This document shows, in pieces, positions 9,432-22,049 of a DNA stretch of 64,000 nt. Position 1 is the first letter of the stretch. Each line of letters opens with the position of its first letter. The position numbers and the translations under genes were made by a program. The notes under the pieces were generated by a model. That model was not told where the DNA came from and did no database searches. It worked only from the letters and a program-made list of their open reading frames with translations. Origin of the DNA: Azolla caroliniana (Eukaryota > Plantae > Polypodiophyta); contig JBHGNT010000021.1 in assembly GCA_043228905.1 (NCBI GenBank), positions 11,036,001-11,100,000 of the forward strand, in the 5' to 3' direction.

Positions 9432-12173
9432 ATGGACTGCCAAACGCTGTTTGAAGCCGCCAAGAAATGGTTACGGCAGCACGGTCTGGAGGATTTCTTA
9501 ACGATCATGGAGGCGGCGCCACACAAAGAGGCCGAAAAGATTATAAAAGAGATCGACACGAAGGAGGCGATCCATGCGTTAATAGGCCTTCCGGAGGGAG
9601 GCATCTACATGATCGACAATCCTACCTCCGAGCAACTCATCAAATACATCGGTGAGTACTCTCTAGCCATCAAGGGCTACAGGACACAAGGCGGCGAAGA
9701 TATGTTATTCTGCGAAATTGCCCGGGTGCTCCATGAGTTCGGCCACGTGTACCCTCGATCCCCCGTCATGCCTAGAACCGAGTAGGCTTGATCATCGCAA
9801 CGTACGAAGGGGTCAAGGTAGATTGGCCGGTGCTGATCGCCGACAGGTTGTGTACGACGATTGATATAGTAAGAGGAAAGGACAGCAAGGAAGGCCGGAA
9901 AATATGGCATGTGGTGACACAATGGCTCACCCTATTGGCACCACCGGTCGAGCCCGTCCAAAACAAGAAGCAGGGAAGAGCAACGGACGACACCCCGAAA
10001 CCTGCTTCGAAACGGCAACAATTGCTGGCCTCCAAGGCCACTAAGGGGAAGACTACCGACGCAGAGAAGGCGGCGAAGGAGCGCGCTAGCCGGAAGCGGC
10101 TGACGGATGCAAGTGAGGAGACACCGGCACGGCCCCTGAAGAGCCCACTCCACTGACCGGTGCAACCGGAAACGGACACCCTGGCGGCAAGAATGAATGT
10201 CGGGAGTCCGGCGGAAGAAATGGAGGAAGAACCCACGAAGCACCTCCAGTGGCGGCCGGTGAAGAGCACCGCTGAATCAGCCGGGAAGCGTTTAGACCCA
10301 CAGAAGGATGGAACGCCCACAACTCACGCCGAGCAACCCACGCCAAGGGAGGCACCGGAACTGGTCACAGAAGTCCCGGCACAACAGGCAGCACCGGCAA
10401 GCCTCGTCACCCAAGAGCCGGATATACAAAGGCCAACCGCCCCAGCCGGCCAAGAACAAGCAGACAAGGGGCGACTAGCCGAAACACACTCAGAGCCGGA
10501 ACGACAAAGTGGTCAGCTGGCAGAACCAGAAGCGCAACTTGACGTAGAAAGGCAAGTCCAGCCACCGGCGAGTGAACCCATCAGCCAACTCTCCGTGGAA
10601 GCACAACAACAGTGCACCGACAGCCAATGGCTCCGGTGGATAGGAGACCAAATTGCCGGAGTAGTCGGATACATAGAGGCGGAGGAAAGAGGGCAAACGG
10701 AACGGTTGCTCGTAACAACCGATGAACTGGACATGGCCCGGTCAAGGATTTGGTGCCTCAAACAAGACTTGGATCGGATCACAGGAGATATGGCCTTAAT
10801 CGCAACGCAGATCCAAGCACCGGTGACTCCGGTTGATGTACAGAAGAATAAGACCCCGGAGAAAGATGCGGCGCAAGCCCAAGAGCTTGCGGAATTACGA
10901 GATGAGCTCGCCGCACAAGAAGCATTACGGAGCTGCAAACGTGACTTGAAGAAGGCGGCCGAAGAAGAATTAAGAAAGACTGCTGAGAACCTTCGTCGGG
11001 CAGAGAAAAACCTGCGTAAAGGACATCATGCTTACGATCGGCTGAAGGAGGAAAAAGAGAAATTGTTGCAGGAAAATGACAAGCTGCGACAGATGGCGGA
11101 AACGGAAATCGAGAGGCTGAAGGAAGAGCTTCGACAATAGAAGGACCGGGAGGACCGCACGCGCCGGCAGATCAACCAAAGGCTGAAGCAGAAGACCGAT
11201 GATTTCGATCATCTGCATTGGGACTACAAGCAACTGGAGACGGAGCATAAGCAACAACAGGAACGGATGGCCGAGCTCCGGCAAGAAGTTGATAGGGCCA
11301 CAACGGCACTGGCCGAAGAACGAGTGGAAAGTTCCAGGCTATTGGAGGAAGCGGCAAATGACCGGATGGAGCTCCACAAACAGAACCATGAAGACAAGGA
11401 AAGAGTGACAATGGTATTACAGAGGTTGCAAACAACCTATCAAAATCAATTGTCGCATTATAGGGAGCAGGAGGCGGACACGGTTCGGATCATCAAGCAA
11501 TTGAAGGGAGAGCGACAAGCCGCTGAAAATAAATCACAGATGGGAGCCGAACGGATCCAGTGCATCCTCCAGTCATGGCTCACTAAGACCAAAAGCTTGA
11601 TTGACGACATCTCGGTGCGTTGGTGGGCGAAATGGGCGCAGAATACAGTGGAACTCCAATTGCTTAGGGCGGACGTGGAAAACCGGCGAAAGGAGGGCGA
11701 CGACTGTTATACGCGGACCTTGGAGGACTTCACCGCCATAAGGGATGAGCTGGCGGAAGATTTCACAGCCCTGGCGGATGAACAATTGGTGTAGGTCCGG
11801 CAGCTCGTAGCTCAACTGGACAATGATCGGCTGGAGGCTGAAATCCAGTTCGAAAGCTATGAGCGGTCCCGGCTCCGGGAAGAAAAAGTGCGAAAGGCGG
11901 CAACGGTCAACCTTAGTGATGAGGAACCGTCGTCGATGCAAGGACCGGAGGGGGAACAAGCAGGGGCCAGTCAGCCACAGACAACTCCGACAGAGGAACC
12001 AACGAAGGAAATTGTCGGTGCCAGAGCGACAAACGGAGCCACAGCCACAAACGGAGCAGCAGCCACAGCCACAAACGGAACAACAACAGCAGCCAGAACA
12101 GCAACAACAGATTCCCGATGAGCCATTGGAAATTTTGGAGCAAAGCATTCTGGACATTTTGGACGAAGCGTAA
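9432..12173 (+). pseudogene. Extra 3' ORF of Gypsy A: conserved N-terminal domain, disordered linker, long coiled coil
   Basis: Track ORFs at 9318, 9788, 10160, 11267 and 11823 join across stops and frameshifts and align with 62190..63932. Confidence 0.8.
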
Positions 12174-12185
12174 AAGGGCCGGATA

Positions 12186-12225
12186 ATGGGTTCGACATAC
12201 AAGGTATTGTCCCACGGGCGTGCCA
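12186..12225 (+). promoter_or_regulatory. tRNA 3'-end copy (antisense PBS) at the expected PPT position
   Basis: ATGGGTTCGA-CATACAAGGTATT-GTCCCACGGGCGTGCCA, then TG and the LTR start TGTTACC at 12228. Confidence 0.8.
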
Positions 12226-12227
12226 TG

Positions 12228-12747
12228 TGTTACCGGCCGACAAGAAGGCTTAAGGAGGTTCAAAGCAGAGTGTGAAAGGAATAGTTATTCGGGAACTGTT
12301 GTAATTAGTAGTCTTAATATATATTATTATATAAGAAGATGTGGATGGACGGACCAGAATCAGTATGCCGATCCGGATCCAGAACGATCCCGTAAAGGTG
12401 CCGGTTGGCACCGTTTTGTATTTCGCACCAGAGACCTATATAAAGGCCCGGTTACAATGTAATCAGGAGTGGATAATTAATAAAGCTTATTGTCTTAATC
12501 TTCCAGTGTTGATTACATTGTAACCGGGCCTTTATATAGGTCTTTGGTGCGAAATACAAAACGGTGCCAACTGGCACCTTTACGGGATCGTTCCGGATCA
12601 GGATCGGCATACCGATTCCGGTCCGTCCGTCCACATCTTCTTATATAATAATATATATTAAGACTACTAATTACAACAGTTCCCGAATAACTATTCCTTT
12701 CACACTCTGCTTTGAACCTCCTTAAGCCTTCTTGCTGGCCGGTAACA
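12228..12747. repeat. Fold-back inverted repeat of LTR sequence: 238-bp arms, 44-bp spacer
   Basis: 12228-12465 is the reverse complement of 12510-12747 with a few mismatches. Confidence 0.92.
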
Positions 12748-15700
12748 AGGTGGTATGAGAAGGATCATCGAAGATGCAGAAATAACTAGGACACAAGTTG
12801 TCTATCAACCTACAACTACAGCCATCCATGTTGGTGAAGGAGGATCTGAATCTGAATTTTGGCCGTGTATTTTGAAAGCTACAAGAAAGGGTAAAATTGA
12901 GTTTGAAAAGTTGAAAACTAGAGGTGATGTTGTTCAAAGCAAAACTGGTTGGGAAGACCCAATGGATGGCCTCTCAGCTTTCGCGAAGGTTGCAACAACC
13001 CAAGCCCATGAAGTGATCATCGAAGAGAAACGGAAATGGGCGGAAAATGAAGATATTAACAAGAAGAGGGAGCTAAGAAGCGCTAAAAAGAGGGAGATAG
13101 AAAGTCCAAAAATGGAAAACCCGGACATTGAAAAAGGTAAGGATAAGAAGAGTCCCTTGTTCAAATTATTATTTGATATCGAAGCTTCAACTGATTTAAA
13201 AAAAGTATTGGAAGAAAGAATTTTATATAGCAAAGTGGAACTTTCCTTGAGGGAACTTTTTGGCATAGCGAAAAAAGAATTTCATGATGCAATAATAGAT
13301 GGAATTAAAAGAAAACGACAAAGTATTGAAGCCGTCGAAAGCCAAGGACGTGAAGTAAAGAAAGCAACGGTGGAAGTCCTCAAAGGTGAACCAAGCTCTT
13401 CCATTGTTGGTACACAAGCTATTGCAACGAAAACTTCTGAAGAGACGCCGAAAGAGCTAAAAGGCTACTATGCTAAGAAACATTGGGCAAGAGCAACAAC
13501 TGAGACACCCATGAAGATTGAAAACCTTGAAGATTCGATTGTGGCCTTAATTGACCATGGCTTAGAAATTAATCTAATTTCTTATAATATTTATAGGAAT
13601 GGCGGATGGTCAATGGAAACGAATCATAGGTGGAGGGTAAAGTCGGCTAATTCAATGACCAAGCAACTTCATGGAGCTTGCCCAAACATCAAAGTCACCC
13701 TTGGACATGTGCTAATGGAGCAACATTTCTTTATCCAAAAGAGCTCTTCATACCCAGTGCTCTTGGTCAACCATAGATCACATCTTCTAGGATGGAGATG
13801 ACAGTGCTTCAAGATGGTTCGGCATATGCTAGGATTCGAAGTACCAATTGTAAAAGAAGTGTTCAATTTCTTATTGTTAGGCAGGAGCATGATAGAAATA
13901 AAGAAGAATTACAAATTAACTCATGTGAGCATGATATGTCATCTTATGAGTCGGATTTTTAAATAGGATCATTGATGGGCAGGGACACAATGGTCCCAAA
14001 GCTTTTCTTTCCTTGCAAAAATGTTTTCCAATTAATAAAACAATCAATACTTTGTCTAATACAATGGATGGGTTTACCTGTCACTTTGGTGTGGAAAGTC
14101 ATGCACAAAATAAAGGGAGCAGGAAGATGTTGGATGCATTGTCACTTCAGGAATGATTGAAAAGGATGACATAATTTCTAGTATGTTTCTTGAATATTCA
14201 GATTTGGATACATCAAAATATTAGAAAATTGCTTGAATGAGAAAGAATGTGACAAGAGTTTTGTTCATGTAAATTCTGTTGATATGTACCTTCATATTGC
14301 TGATTGTATTGAAAAAAATGGTTGTATAGCTAATAGTGAAATAGTTGGCAATAGCTATCATGAAATGGCTAAAAAAGCAAGTAAAAATAACTATGCAATG
14401 AAAGTTAACTATAAATATAAAACAATAGACAAAAAGGTCAAGCCCGTGGCCATGCATCTACCTATGGATAGTACTGAAATGAAAAAGAATGTCGCGTTTG
14501 AGCCAACATTGCAGGATTCTAAGGATATTGGTCATAAGTTTACAAATGCTACTCTAGATCAACTAAAAATTGGTGAGAATGATTTTCTTTTGCATGTTGA
14601 GATACAATGTTTTGAAAATATGATTGCTAGTCATGGGAAAGCATTTGCATTTGAGTCAAGAGAAATTGGTTGTGTAGACCCAACAATTGTGGAACCAATG
14701 ATTATATTTACAGTTCCGCATATTCCTTGGAATTTAAGGCCTACCCCTGTTGCTCGGGCCCAAATACCACAAGTAATACCTTTTCTTAAGGGAAAAATAG
14801 AAATGGGTATCTTGGAGCCATTAGATGCCCCCTACTCAAATAAGTGGTTTACTATACCTAAAAAGAACGGTTCATTAAGGTTCATTCAAGATTTACAGCC
14901 TGTCAATAGAGTTACTATTCGAAATGTCAGTGTTGGACCGATTGTAGATGACTTTGTAGAAACTTTTGAAGGAAGAGTTACATATTCTATGTGTGATTTG
15001 TATTCAGGATATGATCAATTTCAGCTTGTTATTGATAGTCGTGATATAACTACTTTAAGAACACCAATTGGATTGATGTGAATGTGTACATTGCCTCAAG
15101 GTGCTACAAATTCAGTGGCACATATGGTGAATGCTATGAATAAAATTTTAAGAGATTTTGTGCAAAAAATAACTATGCCTTTTCTAGATGATGTTCCAAT
15201 TAAAGGATGCCCGATGAATAAGAAGGATGAAAAACTCATGGCGAACGGATGCACTGTGGGCTGACCGCACTACTCACAGTTCCGTAACTGGCTTTATGCC
15301 ATCAAAATTGATACTTGGTCAAAAGCCAATTATGCTAGTAGAGCAATTAGTATTTTCTTGGGTTGCCTTGCCATGGGCAGATGAAATGAGTCGAGAAGAT
15401 TTTCTCGCTCTTAGAATAAGACAGCTAGAAAGAAGGGATGAAGATGTTCAAATAGCTACAGAAACGATGAAACAATGTTGACTACGGAACAAAGAAAGAT
15501 TTGATAAAACTCATCACCTTTGACCAAGAAAGCTCCAAGAAGGTGATTGGGTCATAGTTTATGATAGCAGCTTGGATAACCGACATAGTACTTCTCGCAA
15601 ATTTACCAAAAGATGGTTCGGGCCATATATCATTAGACAAGTGAATAAAAATGCAACGTATTTCCTAATTGAAATAGATGGAGTTGCTTTAAATTTACCA

Positions 15701-16601
15701 ATTGCAGGAAAGCGAATTAAGCTAGTCAAGAGAAGGGAAGATCAAAGCACTAACTTCCTAAATGAAGATGACATCCATGAAGCTGAAGAAGGAGAAATTC
15801 GTTGGCGCATGCCAGAAGATGCGCATGTCTAGAGGGGGAGGATGTCGTGACATTTCCAAATCCCACAATGAGAAAATAACCTCTACCAATTTATATGAGC
15901 TTATTCAAATGTTTGTAAAAGGTTATATAAAGTGCGAGGCCTCGATGAATAGGAGTGTGTGAGGGTTTAGGTGTCGTGAACGATTTGCTTCACGATAAAA
16001 AAATAAACTAAAATATTGTATTGAGTAACATTCGAGAGACTTGAACCCACGATCTCATGTATACCAAACACAAGGCAGAAACCATTAGGCTAAGTCATTT
16101 GTTCTTTTAAATCTATATTTTAATGTTGTACTTAAGCCATGTATATTTTCATACATGAAAGCTCAAATGTGTGGGATGTCTATCATGCATCACATGTAAT
16201 GCATGAACGCCAAATGGCGAAAAATATACATGAAAGCTCAAATGCGTGGGATGTCTATCATGCATCACATGTAATGCATGAATGCCAAATGGCGATCATG
16301 CATCACATGCATTTCATGCACTACATGCATGTCTTGTACCCTCACATGTATCACATGCATGGGGGCACCTATTTAAAGAGGGAAAGGGAAAAGAGTGAAG
16401 GGGAGAACATGAGATGAGGAATATTATTGTAATAGGAGGGACAAGCTATATTATTTTACAAAAAATATTTTGTAATCATCTTCAAATATCAATACAAGTA
16501 ATTTATGTTTCTCCTCTTTCTTTGACAAGAAGCCCGTTGCTTACTTCCCGGATACGCGATTTTCTTTTCGTTTGCTCTCGTACGCCGAGATCAACACGAT
16601 A
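12748..16601 (+). mobile_element. Degenerate AT-rich Gypsy of the Y-like family: gag-pro, partial RT, internal deletion, integrase end, PPT, 3' LTR
   Basis: ALIDHGLEINL protease; LPQGATNS..PFLDD RT fused to ALWADRTT integrase; PPT AGAGGGGGAGGA 15831-15842; LTR TGTCGTGA (15843) to ~CACGATA (16601). Confidence 0.85.
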
Positions 16602-18384
16602 CCAGCATCAGCCGTTCAAGTTCTGCTTGAGACATGGGACCAAGTCGGCCATGTCATAAGTTTGGGTCGGTCTTTTCGGCTAAGTTCACGACCCCTTATG
16701 GATTGATCGCCATTAATGGGTACAGGTTGTTGTACTTGTACCCGCCTCCTATCTTCAGGTTTCTTCGACTAATCATCCATATCGCCTCACTTAGAGTCAT
16801 TTTGTACCTGTCTTCGGGTAGCATGCCGATGGAGAGTAGACTCCTTTTCAGATCAGGTACATGCGGAACTCGGTGCAGGGTTATTGTGTTGCCATTTGGC
16901 AATTGGATGGGAACGTCTCTGGTCCCTGCAATTCTACACTCCTGCTCGTTGCCTAGACGGACTGTGCCACTGCTGTCGGCCGAATAGTTCGAAAATCATC
17001 CTATGTTGGGGGTCACGTGAAATGTGGCATTGGAGTACAGTAATCATGTGTGTGCATCTTGTGCATTGTAGAGGACTTCCCCGATCATGGAGTCCTCTAA
17101 GGAGAGAATTTCTTCTGATCGGGAGTCGGCAATGTTGATTTCGTTGCCAGTTGGAGAATGGTCCAAATCGGGTTTGTCATGATTTCTCTTGGATTGGAGA
17201 CCATTCTCTTTCCTCTTGATTGACCAACAGTCAAAAACATCGTGGCCTGCGTTTCTGTAGTGTGTGCAGAATTCGCCTCATCGGCCCGTTCTCAACTTCG
17301 ACCGTTCTCGGTCTCCCCTCGTTTTTGATCAGTTGTTATTCCGATCGGTTCTATTGGTTTGTTCTCTCGTACAACTCTGTCAGTCGAATGACTCGGTTGA
17401 GTGATGGGCTTCTGTTGATTCATCGATGGTAAGTCCCATCGATTTTTGCCAAATGTCCTCGGTGAGGACTTGGCTGATTGTCTCATCCAGATTTAGGATC
17501 GGTCAACTATTGGCGTATGCCATGCGGAATACCTCCCAACTCACCAGCAAGCTCGATAGGAGGGCAAGTGCTTTCACTTCTTCTTCGAAGTTGATCCCTT
17601 GTGAGGAGAGTTCTAACAACACCCGACTGAAGGTGTTGATGTGGGAGGTACCCATATCGGTATCTCTCATCTTTATGTTGAAAAGTTGTTTGATTAAATT
17701 CAGTTTTGAAGATTAGGACTTCTTCTCGTACACGGCTTGTAGTTTCTCCCATAGTGCGAACGGTGTCATCTCTTTTGCCATGCTAAAGTAGACGTTTTCA
17801 GCTAGGTGTATTTGAATGGTGGAGCGTGCGATTTTGTCCAATGATCTCCACTCATCGACTAACATTGAAGCAAACTTCTTAGAGTGTCGAATGGCCTCGA
17901 CCTGTCTTCGAATAATTAGTACGTCCTGCATCATCTCCTTCCATAGGGCAAAGTTTTTGTCGTCGAATTTTCGGATCTCAACTCTTGTACCGAATGTTGA
18001 TGCCACGATTCTTTCCGAAGTGAGATTTACTAACTTGGTATTTTCTTTTCGCCTTTTCTATTGTCTGTGGCATCCGAGCAGCTGATCGCTCTGATACCAG
18101 TTGTGGAAGGTTGGTAGGTGTGTGCATATGCGGAAGCATATGAGAACCTGTTTGCGTACTCGAAAAACAACATAGAAAGGGAGGAAGGCAGAGACTTACA
18201 CAGAAACGAGCTTTAATGGAAAGCTTTATTACGTTCTCTTTTTCTCTCACTCAGAGACTTGATACAATGTGTGTCTCCCTCTTTACAATGTTAGGTTATT
18301 GCTTATATACTAAGCCCTAACTATGTGGACGTGTTCACACTCGGACGGATAGAAGTTGGAAGGAGTCGGCCTTTTATGCCAACA
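16602..18384 (-). mobile_element. Degenerate Copia 5' half (LTR ~18102-18384, PBS-Met 18088-18099, gag to pre-integrase)
   Basis: MASTFGTRVEIRKFDDKNFALWK gag; L*HGRLGPMSQ pre-integrase; GCTCTGATACCA. Confidence 0.85.
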
Positions 18385-18497
18385 CCGAACTCATAGAAGA
18401 AGTTATCTTAATTGTTCACACTTTGTGGTTGATATGTAAGGTTATAGGTCCAAGCCTCATAAATGATATTTTCATGAAACAATTGCTTCATGACAAT

Positions 18498-19179
18498 GCT
18501 TTGATACCACTGTTAAGAATATTGTACTAATTAGAAGACAAAAAAACTAAAAGAAAGGTGAATAGGTTAAATGGAAGAACTTGGTCCTCTTCACCTTGTA
18601 GACATCATTCCTAACATAGACATAAGACAGGGACATATTAGATAGATATATAATAAAAGAGAGAGAAAGATAGGTGTCAATCCACCCGACCACCCTTGAG
18701 CGAAGGGATCGAGATGGACCGGAGCCTTGATTGGCATTCCATACCACCATCATGGCATCGAGTCGTACCTCGTACTGGGGCGCTCGCTACAAGGTTCTAT
18801 TCACCACAAGATCACAGTGTAGACATAGTCGAATGATGTGACTAATGAGGGTAGGTAGGCCTCATATTTATAGCCAGAACTAAGGCCCCCAAGCAAGCTC
18901 ACACTTGGACCTTATGGGTTGTCTCAATTCCTAGGATTAAAAGTAATCCTCCCTTCTTTACACTCTTGATTAACCCTCACACTTTATCCTCGTGTGTAGA
19001 ATACTATGGTACAACTAACCATGGGATAAATTATGGTCATGACCTTAACATGACAATCTCTAAGCTATGATGCAGACATAGCCAACCAACCACCTATGTC
19101 CCATATTGATGAATATTAGCATGATTTTAACATGACCATTGCGAATGAAAACCTCGTACGCATCATTAGTGTCTCAAGA
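18498..19179 (-). mobile_element. Old Copia-type PBS plus LTR remnant
   Basis: GCTTTGATACCA followed by TGTTAAG; right end uncertain. Confidence 0.55.
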
Positions 19180-19299
19180 CTTCGACTTTCTTACGTAATG
19201 TGTCTTATTTGGGTCCTTAAGTTTTCTTAACGTTAATTTTTCTTATTTTCTCCCTACTTCTCATCAGTGAGGAGCAAAGTCTTCAACTTAGTTCTTGTC

Positions 19300-20414
19300 A
19301 CTTCGCCATCTCTATCTTCCTTTTCTTAGTTTTTAATATTGTGATTATAACGCCCTCATTGAAATTTTATCAACAAAAAAATAACGAATCAGAAATAAAG
19401 ATGAATTCAATTTTTTATTTGAAGTTATAGATAGTTCTAGATCCTATGGAATTTCACAATTTTTTTCTAAAAAGAATAGAATCTAATCTTAGTTTTTCAA
19501 GTACAAAGAAAGGGTATACCGAGAAAAAAGACGTCAAATAACTTAGACTTAACACCTAATAATTTAGAATTAAAAAACAATTTAGATTTAACACCTAATG
19601 ATTTAGAATTAATGTCTAAGAATTTAGAATTACATGATAGCTTTAAAGGTATATTAAAACAGAAATATGATATAACATTAAAAAAGAGAGAGAGTCTCAA
19701 TTATTTACCTCGGTGGAAGTGGAAATCCAAAGCGTTGGAAGGAAAATTAGAGGACTTCAGGAATTTCATGGTTCTTGTTGATGTATTGGAAAATGATCAA
19801 GATGTCATTGCGTTTCGTTCTAGAACACTGGCATAAATTCAGACCTATTAAGTTTGTTTTACGATAAAAATAGACGTAATATAGCAGAAAATTTGTGTTT
19901 TTATTGTGCTCATCATCTAGTACCAATCTCCAAGGATCATATTTTAATTTACGGAACGATTAACCTTTTACGGAAATTAAACAAAAAATTCAAAATTTGG
20001 TTTTAGAAATCAGTGAATAATGAAATGGATAGTGAACCTACCTCAGCTCTATCTCTCACAACGATGGAAAAATCAAAAAACGTAAAGGAATTAGAAGAAC
20101 AGTAGAGTTCCTATAATGTTGAGGATGTTCTACTTTCGGGACGTCGTCGAGAATTGTGATTCCTCCAATCCGTTGTAGATATGAAAACGCCTAGATTAGA
20201 ATTAGAGGAACACTTTTCAGATTTACATACTGGAGTGGAGCAATCTTGCAAAAGTGAAACACATTACCCAAGTGATATTCGTATAGTGAAGCATTTTCTA
20301 TGGCCAAGTTACCGTTTGGAAGAACTAGCCTGTATAGGTTTATTTTGTCTCAATATTAGTAATGGAAGTTGTTTTAACATGCTCAAGTTACGGATGTATC
20401 CGACCGCCTTTTAG
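19300..20414 (+). pseudogene. ycf1: Plastid ycf1 3' part (NUPT; left edge approximate)
   Basis: RWKWKSK, GRRREL and C-terminal FLWPSYRLEELAC..NGSCFNMLKLRMYP; lies directly upstream of rps15. Confidence 0.88.
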
Positions 20415-20648
20415 AATTGACATGAACAAATGATCGGTAAATATAGACATCAACATCAATTCGATCATTTATTTGGTTGAGATTACCAAAGTTTCGGTAA
20501 TCTCAACAAAGTATTCAACATATGAATGGATTCGTTTTGAATGGCTGAGCCCTCATAAAAAACCATTCCTCAATCAATATGACTAATCGATCTATACCTA
20601 GCAAAAAAATCCTAATAAATTGAAGCATAAGAGGCAATTAGAATAAAA

Positions 20649-20918
20649 ATGAATAAAAAAAAAAAAACTGATTCGTTGTTAGTAAGTGAAGTAGATACAT
20701 GATCTGCCAACATCCAAATTAGCAATTTGACTTATAGAGTCTCGAAACTAACATCTCATCTAGAACTACATGCCAAGGATTATTCATCCCAAAGAGGTTT
20801 ATGGAGGGTGCAGGGCAAGTGGAAACGTCTTCTTATCCATCTATCGAATCAAGATCCCGTTTCATATAAGAAAGTTCTCAAAAATATGAATATTCGGAGA
20901 TTGAAGGAACGACAATAA
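20649..20918 (+). pseudogene. rps15: Plastid ribosomal protein S15 (NUPT)
   Basis: QISNLTYRVSKLTSHLELHAKDYSSQRGL; position between ycf1 and ndhH. Confidence 0.92.
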
Positions 20919-21028
20919 AAAAGTCCATAAAATTTCCTATTGTATAACACGCATTACTACAGAAGAAGTCTTTTTTTTATGGAAACTAAATTTTGTGACA
21001 TCTACTGAAAAGGAATAAATTTACGAAT

Positions 21029-21411
21029 ATGTCTCTCAAAAAAGTGGATCCAATTACTATAAGTATGGGTCCTCACCACCCATCGATGCATGGTGTTCTT
21101 CAGCTTATTGTCACTCTGGATGGAGAAAATGTTGTTGATTACGAACCAGTAATGGGATATTTGCATAGGGGAATGGAAAAGATCGCCGAGAACCGAACAA
21201 TTGTACAATACCTTCCTTACGTCACGAGGTGGGATTACCTAGCAACCATGTTTACGGAGGTAGTGACTGTCAATGCACCGGAAAGATTGGCAAATATTCG
21301 AGTACCTGAAAGGGCTAGTTATATACGTATGATAATGCTTGAACTAAGCCTAATAGCTTCTCACTTGTTGTAGCTTGGACCCTTCCTTGCGGATATTGGT
21401 GCTCACACTCC
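21029..21411 (+). pseudogene. ndhH: Plastid ndhH 5' part (NUPT), interrupted by Gypsy C
   Basis: [44 protein letters not shown]. Confidence 0.95.
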
Positions 21412-21923
21412 TGTTATCTCTTCCTTGGGATAAACACCTTTGATGAACCCTGAGGCTATCGGTATGAAGGGTCGTGGTACGTGAAGACTACTTCTCACAC
21501 AGAGATTGAGTTAGGAAATGGGGAGGGGGAAAAGATTATACTGGCCAGAACCAGTTACTATTTACCATGCGCGTAGCTTAAACGTATGATTACAAAAAGA
21601 TCATCGAATAAGAAGAAAAACAAGAGGTATATATTAAATCGAGATTCCCTTCGGTTACAGTACACGACCCATGGGTCGGAATAAAGCTATGTAGTGTTGA
21701 GGACTCATCAGCTATAATTTCCCTAACAATATCTATATATCGTCGCCTGCCTAGGTACACAAGTCCTAGTTTATATAGCATTTTACTACCCAGGGCTGAG
21801 ACCTTGGCTGATTGTAAGGCTAAAACCTCGGCCGCGTTTTGTTTACCAACGTCCTTACTTACTTTTCTACCTACTGATGACTTTTTATTTCATAATTTAC
21901 TTTTCTAGCCCGTGGACAACACC

Positions 21924-21963
21924 TGGCACGCCCGTAGAACAGGGCCTTGCCCGTCGAACCCAC
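21924..21963 (-). promoter_or_regulatory. tRNA 3'-end copy (antisense PBS) before the 3' LTR of C
   Basis: Element sense GTGGGTTCGA-CGGGCAAGGCCCT-GTTCTACGGGCGTGCCA-GG-TGTTG. Confidence 0.75.
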
Positions 21964-22049
21964 GATTACAAATTGTAGGATACAACATTACTTGTGCCAA
22001 CATTACAAAAATGCCCTTTATACAAGTAGGGTTATTGGTTCTTTTCATC

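Larger units (their letters stand above)
7741..12509 (+). mobile_element. 5'-truncated Gypsy A (non-chromovirus, Athila-like integrase): integrase, extra ORF, partial 3' LTR
   Basis: Integrase, then a long ORF, then an LTR at 12228 with CCTATATAAA. Confidence 0.85.

Noticed and set aside
12166-12185. Short purine runs (AAAAGGG, GAAGGGG) as the real PPT of A and A'
   Set aside because: They lie ~40-55 nt from the LTR and have no equivalent in C. Not fully excluded without primer mapping.
7151-12747. One intact element bounded by TGTTA..TAACA
   Set aside because: Flanks CCGAT and AGGTG do not match, and the ORFs oppose the orientation of the outer LTRs.
16139-16417. His/Met-rich ORF
   Set aside because: Product of CATG-rich repeats and a ~60-bp duplication inside an LTR.
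19300-21411. Functional plastid or bacterial operon
   Set aside because: Stops, frameshifts and nuclear LTR insertions show a dead NUPT.
21874-21882. CTGATGA hammerhead core in the C LTR
   Set aside because: The other LTR has CCGATGA, and no suitably placed GAAA or helices were seen.
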